Below are positions 12,160 through 24,189 of a stretch of 64,000 nucleotides of DNA, piece by piece. The number at the start of each line of letters is the position of its first letter. The first letter of the stretch is position 1. The stretch spans positions 7,378,001-7,442,000 of the forward strand of contig NC_043004.1 in NCBI RefSeq assembly GCF_006345805.1. Direction: 5' to 3'. A program made the position numbers and the translations under genes. Below the pieces are notes generated by a model that saw only the letters and a program-made list of their open reading frames with translations, was not told the DNA's origin and did not search any database. The DNA comes from Octopus sinensis (Eukaryota).

Positions 12160-12700
12160 GAATGCACAGCTGACCTTCTGAGAATCACCCAGACATCATC
12201 AGTAAGAGTGGTATGAAACCAGACATTTTATTCACCTCACTTTCATCAAAACAAGTAATGCTGGTTGAACTCATTGTACCATATGAAAGCAGAATGTAAG
12301 AAGCCCATATCTACAAGACTGAAAAATATGACAGTTTAGCCATCAGATTGAAAGAATCTGGCTTCCAAACCAAAGTCTTCATCACTGAAGTGAGTGCAAA
12401 TAGGTTTGTGGGCAAATCTGCCTATGATCTAATGAAAAGACTGTCAGTTTTGGGGAGAGAGAGAACCAAAGATTTTAAAGCAAGGACAGAAGTAGCGAAG
12501 GGGAGTTCAAACTGGATCTAGTCAAAGGGGGACTGGTGTCTTAGAGTGAACTGGTTACGACATCAAAGGTACCTTAACCATCCAGGAGGGTTGTAATGCA
12601 AATAATAGTAGAGAATATGACAGCAGAGGGATATATAGGTGTCATAATCTGGATGCGGCCTGGTCCCTAAGAGTGTAAGGAGTTAAGAACAGAAACACAT
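12160..12700 (+). mobile_element. Restriction-like endonuclease (RLE) LINE remnant, HERO/NeSL-like
   Basis: From 12186: HPDIISKSGMKPDILFTSLSSKQVMLVELIVPYESRM*EAHIYKTEKYDSLAIRLKESGFQTKVFITEV..FVGKSAYDLMKRL..SSNWI. Matches the RPD..(D/E)xTVPWE..EAHERKxxKY..VEVGxRGF motif. Confidence 0.8.
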
Positions 12701-13702
12701 GCGAGAAAGAGGGATTCTTCTCTGGAGCCTTTTTGCTGTTTTGTTTTCCTTAGAGTTTGTTACTACTTGCCATGAAATCGAAGATGTAATCAAAATATTA
12801 TAACAACATGAAACAATACTATGAAGATCGATAAATTTATACATCAAGATGGAAATAAAAACAAGGAATTATCAAGGATTCCGTTAGTTTTAATTATTCC
12901 AGCAAGTACGAGAGACAACCCCGAACCTGTTTCACTCTTATTAAACATCCTCAGCGAAGCCCAGCCTTAACTGTTTTTCTCGAAGTAATGACGAGAAAAT
13001 GACTAAATAAATATACTAGAAAATAATTCACGCAAACACGCCATCAGCCTAAAGATAATTAATTAGTGTTAAAATATGCAATGCAGAGGGAATGGAAAAG
13101 TTAATCAGAAATAATTACGTGGAGAGGAAAAACTTACTAATATTGTTTTAATTATCCTGCTAAATAAGAAAAATGTTAATGAATAATCTAGCAAGATGGT
13201 GGAACAAAAACTTTATTACTTCCTGAATGCAGAGCTCTAACAGAAAACAGAAAAAAAAATATTTATTTGAATTTATTTTTCCATTTATTTCAGTTTGACA
13301 AAATCGTTTTTAAACGATTACAACTGGTAACAGATTCATAAAAATATTAACACTTTCCTGCTTTTGCCCATGACAAAGTTTTCAGAGCAGTTCCTTTTAC
13401 TGTTTATGCGCATGTGCATGTGTGTAGCATATTTGTAGGCATATAAGACGCACCTCTATTTTACAAGTATATTTTGTGGCGGGGAAAAATAACAAATCTA
13501 ATATGATCCATTATATATTTTTTGAAAGACATTTTAAAGTGGTTTTGTCAATATAAGATTCTGTCAACACAATATAAGATTCTGTCAACACAAATACAAT
13601 GTTATAACAGTTCGCTGGAAAATAACATGAAACCATAGATTTATCATAAATAATAAACTATGCTACGGGGTAATACCATTTTTCTGCTTTATTTTATTTC
13701 AG

Positions 13703-13870
13703 ATCAACTGTATGAATTGTTTATATTTTGGTCAAGAGATCAAGAGACTTGCCAAACGGGATATAAAGCATCTGGCAGCGATATTTAGTGTTACTGCAAT
13801 TGGCCACCACGTGACTCACCATTGCTATGGTTTTGTTGTCATCCACTCATTGCAAATAGCTGGTGGATGG
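13703..13870 (+). other. Candidate exon (168 nt, phase 0-0 open frame)
   Basis: Acceptor TTTCTGCTTTATTTTATTTCAG and donor GG|GTAAAG. Frame INCMNCLYFGQEIKRL...IAGGW is open throughout. No homology recognised. Confidence 0.25.
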
Positions 13871-14065
13871 GTAAAGGTTAAATATTCTGGCCATCTTTTG
13901 TTTTTAACTCAAATAAAAGTAAACAACGGATTCGGTAGTTTCTGTGACCACAGTTTGTCTTGTTAACTGAGTTAAAACGAGGAAAGATGGCCAATATTCC
14001 TTTCATTGGTATTCTTTTGATTTGACTCGAAAAAGTAAAACATTGCAATTGGTTGTTTCCATGAA

Positions 14066-14297
14066 GGCGGGGAGCTGGCAAAACCGTTAGCACGCCAGGC
14101 GAAATGCGTAGCTGTATTTCATCTGCCGTTACGTTCTGAGTTCAAATTCCGCCGAGGTCGACTTTGCCTTTCATCCTTTCGGGGTCGATAAATCAAGTAC
14201 CAGTTAACGCACTTGGGTCTGTGTAATCGACTTAATCCGTTTGTCTGTCCTTGTTAGGCCCCTCTATGTTTAGTCCCTTGTGGGTAATAAAGAAACA
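14066..14297 (+). mobile_element. SINE family A, full length
   Basis: 19-bp TSD AATTG(G/A)TTGTTTCCATGAA at 14047-14065 and 14298-14316. Confidence 0.93.
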
Positions 14298-14394
14298 AAT
14301 TGATTGTTTCCATGAAAAGCACGTTGTCTTGTCAACTGTCATTCGATGAAATGGGAGAAGAAAGGTTGTACGTGCGTACGTGCTTGTTCTTGCT

Positions 14395-14440
<46 letters not shown>

Positions 14441-14454
14441 CACCTAAGCATGTA

Positions 14455-14540
14455 CACACAGAGGAACAAGCACACACACTCACACACAGAGGAACAAGCA
14501 CACACACTCACACACAGAGGAACAGGTACACACACACACA
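14455..14540. repeat. Short tandem repeat of about 28 bp (ACACACAGAGGAACAAGCACACACACTC), about 3 copies
   Basis: Directly visible. Confidence 0.85.
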
Positions 14541-14710
14541 CGTACAACCCATTAGCTCTCTTCTCCTCCTCCTCCCATTTCATCAACTGACAGCTGACAA
14601 GACAACGTTCTTTTCACAGAAATGGCCGATTGCAATGTTTTGACTTTTCGAGTCAAATCGAAAGAATATCCTTTCATCTTTGTAGGAGAATTTTCATTTA
14701 GATAATTTTA

Positions 14711-15496
14711 GGATCTTTTCCTTTTGAACGGCAGTTTGTAACATAATTTCTAGGTACCTAAAAAATTTTAAACTTCGTATACTGGTAGAATGTGTTTATA
14801 AAACATCATTTTCTCTTGGCATTATTGAGAAAATTCTATAGGTTGTAACATATTTCGTCTTTAATTTCTTGCATTTCGGCAATTTTAATCAATCACTGGC
14901 GTCCATTTAGGTAAATAACATTCCGTGCTGTATGAATGTCCCTCGTTTAAGAAACAGATTGGGTTTATTTACATTTGTGAAGAAAAAATATACCCTTCCC
15001 CCACCCCTAACTCTAACCCTAACCCTAAATCTAAAATAGATTGAAATGCAATAGATCGATACTAGGGTTATAATTATGGGTGACAATTTCATACGACACT
15101 GCTAAGTTTTTTATAGCGGTGTCGCATGAAATTGTCACCCATAATTATAACCCTAGTATCGATCTATTGCATTTCAATCTATTTTAGATTTAGGGTTAGG
15201 GGTAGGGGAAGGGTATCTTTTTTTCTTCACAAATGTAAATAAACCCAATCTATTTCTTAAACGAGGGACATTCATACAGCACGGAATGTTGTTTACGTCA
15301 ATGGAGGTAATTAATTGGTTAAAATCGCCGAAATGCAAGAAATTTAAGACCTAATATGTTACAAACTATAGAATTTTCTCAATAAAGCCAAGAGAAAATG
15401 ATGTTTTATAAACACATTCTACCAGTATACGAAGTTTAAAACTTTTTAGTTACCTAGAAATTATGTTACAAACTGCCGTTCAAAAGGAAAAGATCC
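14711..15496. mobile_element. Large fold-back MITE (near-complete palindrome)
   Basis: TA|GGATCTTTTCCTTTTGAACGGCAG ... CTGCCGTTCAAAAGGAAAAGATCC|TA. Arms pair to a 9-nt loop at about 15105-15113. Internal CCCTAA/TTAGGG repeats. Confidence 0.92.
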
Positions 15497-15812
15497 TAAT
15501 TTTAAAATATTTCTTAAAGGTAAAACCAGTCTTAAATAATATAAGACGCATATCAGGTGTGGGTTATGTATGCAGGGGAAGGCGGTATATGGAGATGATG
15601 TGACCTTTCCAAATAACCACCGGCGTACAGTAAGCGATTTTTATTTTGTAAGTTTGGGCAAACAGATTGTAATATTTTGGCTTGCTTTCATGATCTTATT
15701 ATTAGCCATGATTCTTGTGTCAACCGAATTTATGATCAACCGGCTCCACAGCCGACGGTACTCGTCCTCCGCAATACGGCCGCATTAGACGACTTACACA
15801 CCGACAAATACA

Positions 15813-15859
<47 letters not shown>

Positions 15860-17042
15860 CACATAAATACACACACACACACACATAATACACATGCGTA
15901 CATATGACATATGCATTTACACGCGCATACATTTATATAAATATACATACACATACAAACACACATACGTGCACGTGTGTGTGCGTGTGTGTTATGATAG
16001 TCAGGAACACAGACAGCATCAAGGAATTCTGAATGATGCTGTCAGAAGTTCCGATCGTGGGCAAAAGTAACATTAACAGAAATGGCACCAAACAGCATGA
16101 ATTTGGCAACAACACTATTTCAATAATATTATTTGTATCTGTGCAGTTGTACTGCTAAGTCAACATTGGTGTCATCAACAACACGTGTAAATGAGTGTGA
16201 TTCGAACCAAGGAGGAAGTCTCTAAGTGGGTGCTTAGCTTGCTAGAAATTGCAACCAAATGTATCTTAGATCACGCCTACTGTCTTTAAAAAAAGATGGA
16301 CCGAGGTTCACGGTACCTTAAAAAAAGACAAGATCGTTGTGGCCAATGGTACCCTGAGACTAAACCACCACTACCACCAAACAACAGCAGCCGTTCAAGA
16401 ATTTGGACCTGGAGATCTCTATTTCCAGCGACTTCGAGGGCCACCTCCCAGTGGTATCGGGCGTCAACGAAGAGCCCTCGACTACAACAAAGACGACCAA
16501 AGTTTTTTTTTCCAAGGTCTGGGGTCTCTCGCCCCTAAACCCTAGATCATCACCTAATCACCCTTACCCGTCTTGTTGCTTAACAACAACAACAATAATG
16601 TATTTTGCTTGAAAAGTGTTTTAGATATTATTTCCGATAGAAGGCCGATGGATTATCAGAATTGTTCCAACGTCAATATCTATTTGTAATCTTATCAGTT
16701 CTGAATTCAAATCAAACTGTGGTAAAGTCTCTTTTGCATTTTTTTTTTTACTTGTCTCTTCATTTGTGCCGTTTCCATTGCTGTTGTTCATTCTCTGTTA
16801 ATAGCGAATAATTGGGAAACTGATAATGTATTGGCCTTTGGAAAAGCCAACAGCCCTCAGGATTTTCGAAGCCATATTGTTTTCTATTTAATATTTAACT
16901 TCGCTAATAAAAAGACTTAAAATTCGCCCCCAAAGGAACAAAACTCTATCAAAGCTAACCAGACTCAGAGGATGCAGGTTGGCTAAATAACGAAAAGGTT
17001 CGACAAAAATTAAAATTTTTTTCTTCAAAACAACAAAATTCG

Positions 17043-17894
17043 GGATTTTTTCCTTTTGAACGGCACATGTCAACACAATTTCTAGTTAACTAAACACTTT
17101 AAAACTTCGTATACTGGTAGAATGTATCAAAATAAAACATTTTTTTCTCTTGGCTTTCTTGAGAAAATTGTAATTTGTTTGTTTAACGTAGTTTAATTTT
17201 TCGAATTTTAACCAATGAATCGCCTCTAGTGAGCTAAAATCATTTGCTGCGTCTAAAACTGAGACAACATCCTGTCACTAACCCTAACCCTAATTTTTTT
17301 TTTTTTATTGTTAAATTAATTTAATTGTTACGCGTATAAAAAAAAAAAACGAAAGGCTAAAATGTACGGAAAGCGTGTGTATAAAATTATAGAATTATTT
17401 TGTTTGTTAATTGTTTAAACTATTTTCCTTTGCTTTCGTTTTTTTCTTAATTGTTATCCTTAAATTAATTTAACAATTAAGAAAAAAAAAACGAAAGGCT
17501 AAAATTTAGGAAAATAGTTGAAACAATTAACAAACAAAATAATTCTATAATTTTATACACACGATTTCCGTACATTTTAGCCTTTCGTTTTTTTTTTTAT
17601 ACGCGTAACAATTAAATTAATTTAACAATTAAGAAAAAAAAAATTAGGGTTAGGGTTAGTGACAGGATGTTGTCTCAGTTTTAGACGCAGCAAATGATTT
17701 TAGCTCACTAGAGGCGATTCATTGGTTAAAATTCGAAAAATTAAACTACGTTAAACAAACAAATTACAATTTTCTCAAGAAAGCCAAGAGAAAAAAATGT
17801 TTTATTTTGACACATTCTACCAGTATACGAAGTTTTAAAGTGTTTAGTTAACTAGAAATTGTGTTGACATGTGCCGTTCAAAAGGAAAAGATCC
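17043..17894. mobile_element. Large fold-back MITE, second subtype
   Basis: GGATTTTTTCCTTTTGAACGGCACATGTC ... GACATGTGCCGTTCAAAAGGAAAAGATCC. Arms pair almost to the centre (about 17465). CCCTAA array at about 17280, TTAGGG array at about 17645. Confidence 0.92.
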
Positions 17895-17901
17895 AAGTTT
17901 G

Positions 17902-18360
17902 GTAAATTTTTATATTAACACCCGCACGATTTTCATTAAGAAAAAAAAAATCGGATTTTTTGCATGGAATCAAGTACCTTGACCTATTAATATGCTGCAA
18001 ATCCCTTATTTTGGTTCGTAAGAAGGGGGTGGGGTACTCCCCATTCCGGAATCATTGGAAATTTTTTCTCTTTTTTTTTCGTTGAATGAATTCCTTGACC
18101 TAATATACTACAAAACCCTTTTAGGGGTCCGAAAGAAAAATCGCGCCCAAACTAATTTTTGTGTGTGTGGGCGAGGGAAGAAACATGAAAATAAATATAA
18201 ACGATTTAAAATAAGTATATCTTAATTGTGTGAGAAAGTATATATATTTGCAGCATATTAGGAAGCCAGGGTACTTGATTCCACGCAAAAAATCCGAGTA
18301 TTTTTTTTTTGTTTTTTTTTTCTTAGTGAAAATCGTGCGGGTGTTAATATGAAAATTTAC
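17902..18360. mobile_element. MITE with TIRs of about 95 bp
   Basis: GTAAATTTTTATATTAACACCCGCACGATTTTCA ... TGAAAATCGTGCGGGTGTTAATATGAAAATTTAC. A partial copy lies at about 52231-52430. Confidence 0.85.
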
Positions 18361-18424
18361 AGAATAATCAAGTAATTAATTAGTTAATTGGTTAAATAGT
18401 TAACTAATAAAGGTTTCAAATTTT

Positions 18425-18572
18425 GACCCAGGTTCAGCTATTTCAAGGGAGCGGCTAAGTCGACCACATCGACACCAGTGTCTAACTGGTACTTATTTTA
18501 TCGACCCTGAAAAGATGAAAGGCGAAGTCGACCTCGGCGGAATACGAACTCAGAACGTAAGGACGTACAAAA
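18425..18572 (-). mobile_element. SINE family A, partial
   Basis: Core and B-box present. The head appears to resume briefly after 18825. Confidence 0.75.
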
Positions 18573-18824
18573 TGTCTATAGCTTTGTTAAGCTATACGCA
18601 AACAAACTCGTGGAGACGAGATTACATTTTATCAAAGGTTTATTACTTTACGTACATCAGGGCTTAAGTCGCCAGTTATTTCTGTTTAGTTCATTCGGAT
18701 TCGTTTCACACTGTTGACATTCTTTTGTTTTTGCTTTCACTCCTGGGAGTCCCTTTTTTGCTGCTGGTCATCTTCCTAGCTTGCCCGCAGTGAAGTTTCC
18801 GTCTGTCACGAATTCTGCCCTACA
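18573..18824 (-). mobile_element. Solo-LTR-like repeat (TG...CA), copy 1
   Basis: Shares start TGT(C)TATAGCTT..GTTAAGCTATAC, internal GCCCGCAG.GAAGTT and end GCCCTACA with 22170-22667. AATAAA on the minus strand. No TSD found. Confidence 0.5.
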
Positions 18825-20659
18825 ATGCTTAGAATTTGCCCGGCGTGGTCAAATAGAACCATTGTATGTATTCTTTATTAACAAAACTATCCCCCTAAGT
18901 CAAGTGTTTCCCATTAATCATTTAGTGTGGAAAAGCAAACAAAGGATTTCCCGCATGCTTGACAAGCAACAAGCAGGTGGATTTAGTTTCGAATCTCAGG
19001 CAGGTAGAATTTAACATTTATTCATTATTGAGTTATTTCTGTCTTCGCCTCATTTTCTGTATTTTATTTATTTATAAACAAGTATAATATAACTTACTGA
19101 AATGTGAAAGTTATTCCTCTAGTAATAATGCCTAAGAATATCTCTATTCTAACGTTCAGCTTATCAACAGAAACACCTTTCCTCTTAGTAATAACTACAC
19201 CCAGACGTTCAAATTTTGCAGTTTCCTTACCTCTGTAAGACTCATACCACACCCCGCTTTCATTCCACGTGCATACCTACAAAACTAAATAAACACTTGC
19301 CTAAGGTCCGACTTCACTCGAAGACTTCTAGGCCAAGGAATGGTGTCTCATCGTTAACGTTGTGTTTCAAATGAGTTAACCCCAGAATGGCCCAATCTAT
19401 CTGACAGCGGATTGTGGTGGCAAGTTACCACCCCAGGATGCCGTAGCACTGTTGGTTTGCCGTCGTTCTGTTTACAGTGCAGAGTTTAATATCTCCCGTG
19501 GGAAATTCTCCTGACCTGCTGTAAACCAGCGTCCTACTGGTTAGGAAAAACCGGAGATAAACATCAGGCCATATTCATTAAAGATTCATTAACGATTAGC
19601 GCTTAATGCCTCCGGATGAGTGAAGGAGAAAGAGAGATAGAGAGAACTAGTTTCCGGTAGTGACTCAATCGGTTGAGTGAGAAAATGTTTAAGACTGACT
19701 CACAATTAATACATTTACTGTGATGATGAAATCAACATCTTTATCGCAAAACATCGATTCCAGATGGATATTATTTGCATAATGTAAAAGACATTTTTTT
19801 TTCCTGTCGTTCCATTCGTCTGTTTACATATTATCTTTGCTTCACAGCAGAAAATGCAGTAAATGGTCTTTGCCTGTCCGCTGTTTTTACGACAGGTGGT
19901 CATGTCTGCAGTGTACAACCCATCCATCTGTTAAATCTGTAATTCATAACCAGTTACGCACTGGAGTCGATACAATCGACTTAATGCCTTTGTCCTTGTT
20001 TGTCCTTCTCTGTGTTTAGCCCCTTGTGGACAATAAATAAATAAGATATCGGCACAGGAAATGGGACGTCACAACATTTTAGGTTATCAGGTACTTGGGC
20101 CGTATCACAAGTGAGCTGGATCGCGAAACCATCCAGTGCGACATTGTCTCTCCTATGAATACGTATCTTCTTACAGTCTCACAACAACGAAAAAAAAAAA
20201 TAATCCGAGGTAGCATGGGAGTCATGTAATCCATTGACCTCGCAACGACTTAAGGAACTATGAAAGGAGAGAGAAAGAGAGGTAGACAAAGGGGAGGAAA
20301 CAGACGGACAACATGAAGAAATGATTAAGCTAATAATTATCCGAGACCTGTGGCAGACGAGTGTTCTGATGAAGAAGACCGTTAGGTACCCCGACTAATC
20401 TAATCGGTGGTCGAGAACCCTACCGGTTTACAATATTCATACAACCATCAAGAGGGCTTGTTGTTATTGATGGTGGGAGAAGTGAAACTGAACGGTTTAA
20501 CTACAAACCGAACCCGCGTATCAAACCTTGCTGAGAATCCAACCAAAGCCTGTGAAATTCACAAACAAGCATTATCTTCTTTCATAACCAATATTCATTT
20601 CATAAAACACGTTGAAGTTTGCCTAGTTAGACTGTTCGAGTGAACATATTGTTTCGTGA

Positions 20660-20890
20660 AGGCGTGTGTCCTGGTGGTTTGGGTGTTGCTCGCAAGATAA
20701 TGGTCGTGGTTTCGATTCCCGGATTATGTCTTGAGTAAAACACTTCGTTTCTCGTTGCCCCAGTCTACTCAGCTGTAACTGTAATTCAACAGTGATGGAC
20801 TGGCATCCCATTCAAGACAAGGGCAGGGGATGATCTCACTCAGTTAAACGCAATGGAAACCGGGTAACCAGCTCTACGAGTGCCAAGACG
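20660..20890 (+). mobile_element. tRNA-derived SINE with V-domain-like core
   Basis: B-box GGTTTCGATTCCCGG, then CTTGAGTAAAACACTT..CCAGTCTACTCAGCTG..GATGGACTGGCATCCC. Related pieces at about 27870-27990 (-) and 47655-47712 (-). Confidence 0.6.
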
Positions 20891-20964
20891 CGAGACACCA
20901 ATGTCCAAGGGATTTACTTTATTATTTCAGAACCTATTGTGTATCATTTCTTCTATAGTATTCA

Positions 20965-21173
20965 GAGACGCAGGAGTGGCTGCGTGGTAAGTAGCTTGCT
21001 TACCAACCGCATGGTACCGGGTCAGTCCCTCTGCGTGGCACCTTGGGCAAATGTCTTCTACTATAGCTTCGGAACCGACCAAAGGCTTGTAAGTGAATTT
21101 GGTAGACGAAAACTGAAAGAAGCCTGTCGTGTATGTATGTATGTATGTATGTATGTATGTATGTATGTATATA

Positions 21174-21209
<36 letters not shown>

Positions 21210-21229
21210 TGTATGTATGTATGTATGTA

Positions 21230-21272
<43 letters not shown>

Positions 21273-21430
21273 TTATGTATGTATTTATGTCCCCGTAACT
21301 TAGCGATTCGGCAAAAGAGACTGATAGAATAAGTACTAGACTTACAAAGAATAAGTCCTGGGGTCAATTTGTTCGACTAAAGGCGGTGCTCCAGCATGGC
21401 CGCAGTAAAATAGCTGAAACAAGTAAAAGA
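20965..21430 (+). mobile_element. SINE family B with expanded internal (TATG)/(TG) microsatellite
   Basis: Full head and 3' part match the other copies. Confidence 0.9.
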
Positions 21431-22169
21431 ATAAAAGAAAAGTTTCAGGTTCCCGCTAATTCAGTACTCTTTAGCAATAAAATCACTTTCCTTGACCAGA
21501 ATTAATTACTAAAGTTAATGGTTTTCTCTCCTTTTCTACGGGTGTAATTTTAGTTATTAAAAAAAACAAAACAGTTATTGCTCACTTAACTATATGTTTT
21601 TCAACCAGAAGGTGTCCCTAAGTAATCCCTTCCCGCAGTGATTAGTTTTAGTTGCCAGCTCTGTCAACGTTTATCTTCTCAAAAATTGTTTATCTCTCAG
21701 TTACCTAAGATCCGATGAATACTGCTAAGACAACACTTCACAGACAAGGTGTAATAAGACAGAAACCCATCTAATGTTCTTACCAGTCTTACAAGACACA
21801 TTCCTTCCCGCTGCAAATATACCGCCATTCAACTTTTAATTAATATCGAATAAGTTCCCTTGTTTCTCTTAACTAAAATGAATCATTAATGCTAATGATT
21901 TTCCCCTCTTGATTACGGGTGTAATCTTCATTAATTAAAAGAATTGGCTCACTTCATTAAGCATGCTAACCTCCAACTTAAGCGTTCTTCTTGCAAAAAG
22001 TGTCACCTGCTAATCCCCCCCAAAATTCCACCACCGCCAGTCCTCTTATTGAATCATCAACTGTATTGACCCCAGAGTTTGGCAGGAATGGTAGCTTTCC
22101 TTCTATGATTTTCTCAAAGGTTTTACCAGAATAAGTGAACTAGCTGTCACTTGGAACTGGAATCGAACC

Positions 22170-22667
22170 TGTTATAGCTTCAGTTAAGCTATACACACAC
22201 AAAAAAAAAAAAAAATTAACGGAGACCCAAAATGTGTTAGTAAAAGATTTATATTTCTTTATTGCCCACAAGGGGCTAAACATAGAGGGGACAAACAAGG
22301 ACAGACAAAGGGATTAAGTCGATTACATCGATCCCAGTGCGTGACCGGTACTTAATTTATCGACCCCGAAAGGATGAAAGGTAAAGTCGACCTTGGCGTA
22401 ATTCGAACTCTGAACGTAACGGCAGACGAAATATCGCTAAGCATTTCGACCGTCGCGCTAACGTTTCTGCCAGCTCACCGCCTGTTATGTTAGTGAACGC
22501 TTTATTTAGTTGAACACATGAGGGCGACAGCCGCCAATCAACTCCTACTTCGTAGAAGCCCCGCTTAACTGGAGGTTAACTTCGCCGCAGACCAGCTCCT
22601 TAGCTAGCCCGCAGCGAAGTTCCTGTTCACAGTTTGTCTGTCATAAATCCTTGGGCAGTGCCCTACA
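22170..22667 (-). mobile_element. Solo-LTR-like repeat, copy 2, interrupted by a SINE A
   Basis: Same terminal motifs as 18573-18824. SINE A inserted at about 22250-22482. Confidence 0.5.
22250..22482 (-). mobile_element. SINE family A, full length
   Basis: Complete head-core-tail. Confidence 0.9.
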
Positions 22668-22734
22668 CTGTGTCACAAAAATGTTTCACTGAAACCTTAC
22701 GTACATTCTCCGATAATTGAGTAACAAAGGATCA

Positions 22735-23600
22735 TTTTGCTTATTTCGGTCACTGGACGCGGCCATGTTGGGGCAGTGCCTTCGGGGGTTTTAGTCGAAT
22801 AAATCAACACCAGTACATATTTCTTTTTAAGTCTGGTATTCACTCTATCAGTCTCTTTTGATGAACTGCTAATTTACGGGGACGTAAACAAACAGACACT
22901 GGTAGCCAAGCAGGCGGGGATGCAAACACAAAGACACACGCCTGTACATATATATATATAAACTTAGATATGTTTCGACCAAAAATTGGTCCAGGTTATG
23001 TCTAACTTAATAGCACCACCTGATAGGATTATTTAAATCCTGTTTAAGTCAAGTTTTGTTTATGGTCCATTCAAGTAGTGAGTTGTATCCAGGTATGGGT
23101 GGCTTACCCGGTATTCCTTCAAGAAATATATCCAGACTCCGTTTAAAGTTAATGGGATCATTTTCCTCTTTGATCTCTTTCGGGACAATGTTGAACAGGG
23201 CAGGGCCTGTTGAGGAAAAGAAATTATGTTGCAGTGTACCCATATGCTGTGATCCTGAATTGGGCAGGGGACGTATGGCCCGTGATCCCAGCCTTGGATG
23301 AACCTTGAAACTAATGTTCAGGTCGTTTGGGCAAAGTTGGCGGTATATTCTCCACATCGTGCAAATGATGTACCACTCGCGGCGGCGCTGGAGAGAGTAG
23401 AGTATATATATATATACGTATATACATATATATACGTATATACATATATATATATACGACGGAATTTCACATAGTTTTCCGTTTACCATATTCATTCACA
23501 TGGCATTGGTCGACCCGGAGTCGTGGTACAAGACACTTGCCCAATGTGCAACGTTGCGGGACCGAACCCAGAACCAGATGATTGCAAAGCTAGTTTCGTA
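22735..23600 (-). mobile_element. SINE family B split into a 3' part (22735-22945) and a head (23470-23600)
   Basis: Two collinear halves separated by the CR1 fragment and TA repeats. Confidence 0.6.
23045..23400 (-). mobile_element. CR1-like LINE 3' end
   Basis: HPRLGSRAIRP...LQHNFFSSTGPALFNIVPKEIKEENDPINFKRSLDIFLEGIPGKPPIPGYNSLLEW is a CR1-clade C-terminus. Confidence 0.85.
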
Positions 23601-24189
23601 GCCATAAGGAAATGAAGATTATTTTATTAATGACTTTCTGGTGAACGGTGCGATTCAAAGCAGTCCTCGCTGTTACATTTTCTAGTTTTTTTCTCTCTCA
23701 GATTTCCATTGCCCCAGTAAATGTTTCGTCCCAATGTTGAGCAGTGCATCATGTAGGGTTTGTCCGTTTGCTATAAATCAATAAACCTGTTGCATAGCTG
23801 TCATGGAAAGAGAAAAAAAAAAGAATCACATTCTGTCGATGGCATGACTCATCGGCTGACATAACACCTAATAGAGAGGAAAATGAATTACTCGGGTGAG
23901 TGAGAAGAATGGCGGAAAACGTGGAATGGAGTGAGGTTACGGATTGACTCACAAACCAGATTTCTTTGAATCATTTAATTCCATTCAGCGTGAGCATACA
24001 TGCATGTACACATATGTTACGGGCTGGTTGAGATATTTGATGTTGTTGCCATTCCTTTATCTTCAGTTCTGCTTTATTCAGGAACCACATTTTTCAACAT
24101 TACAGCTTATTCATACAGAAATCGTTGTTCTTTACCTTAAAAAAAATTTTTTTTAATGGAAGTAACTGGCATATCTGTGGATGAATAAT

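Noticed and set aside
19708-19870. C-box-like GTGATGA with a short terminal inverted repeat (snoRNA?)
   Set aside because: No D box (CTGA) near the 3' stem.
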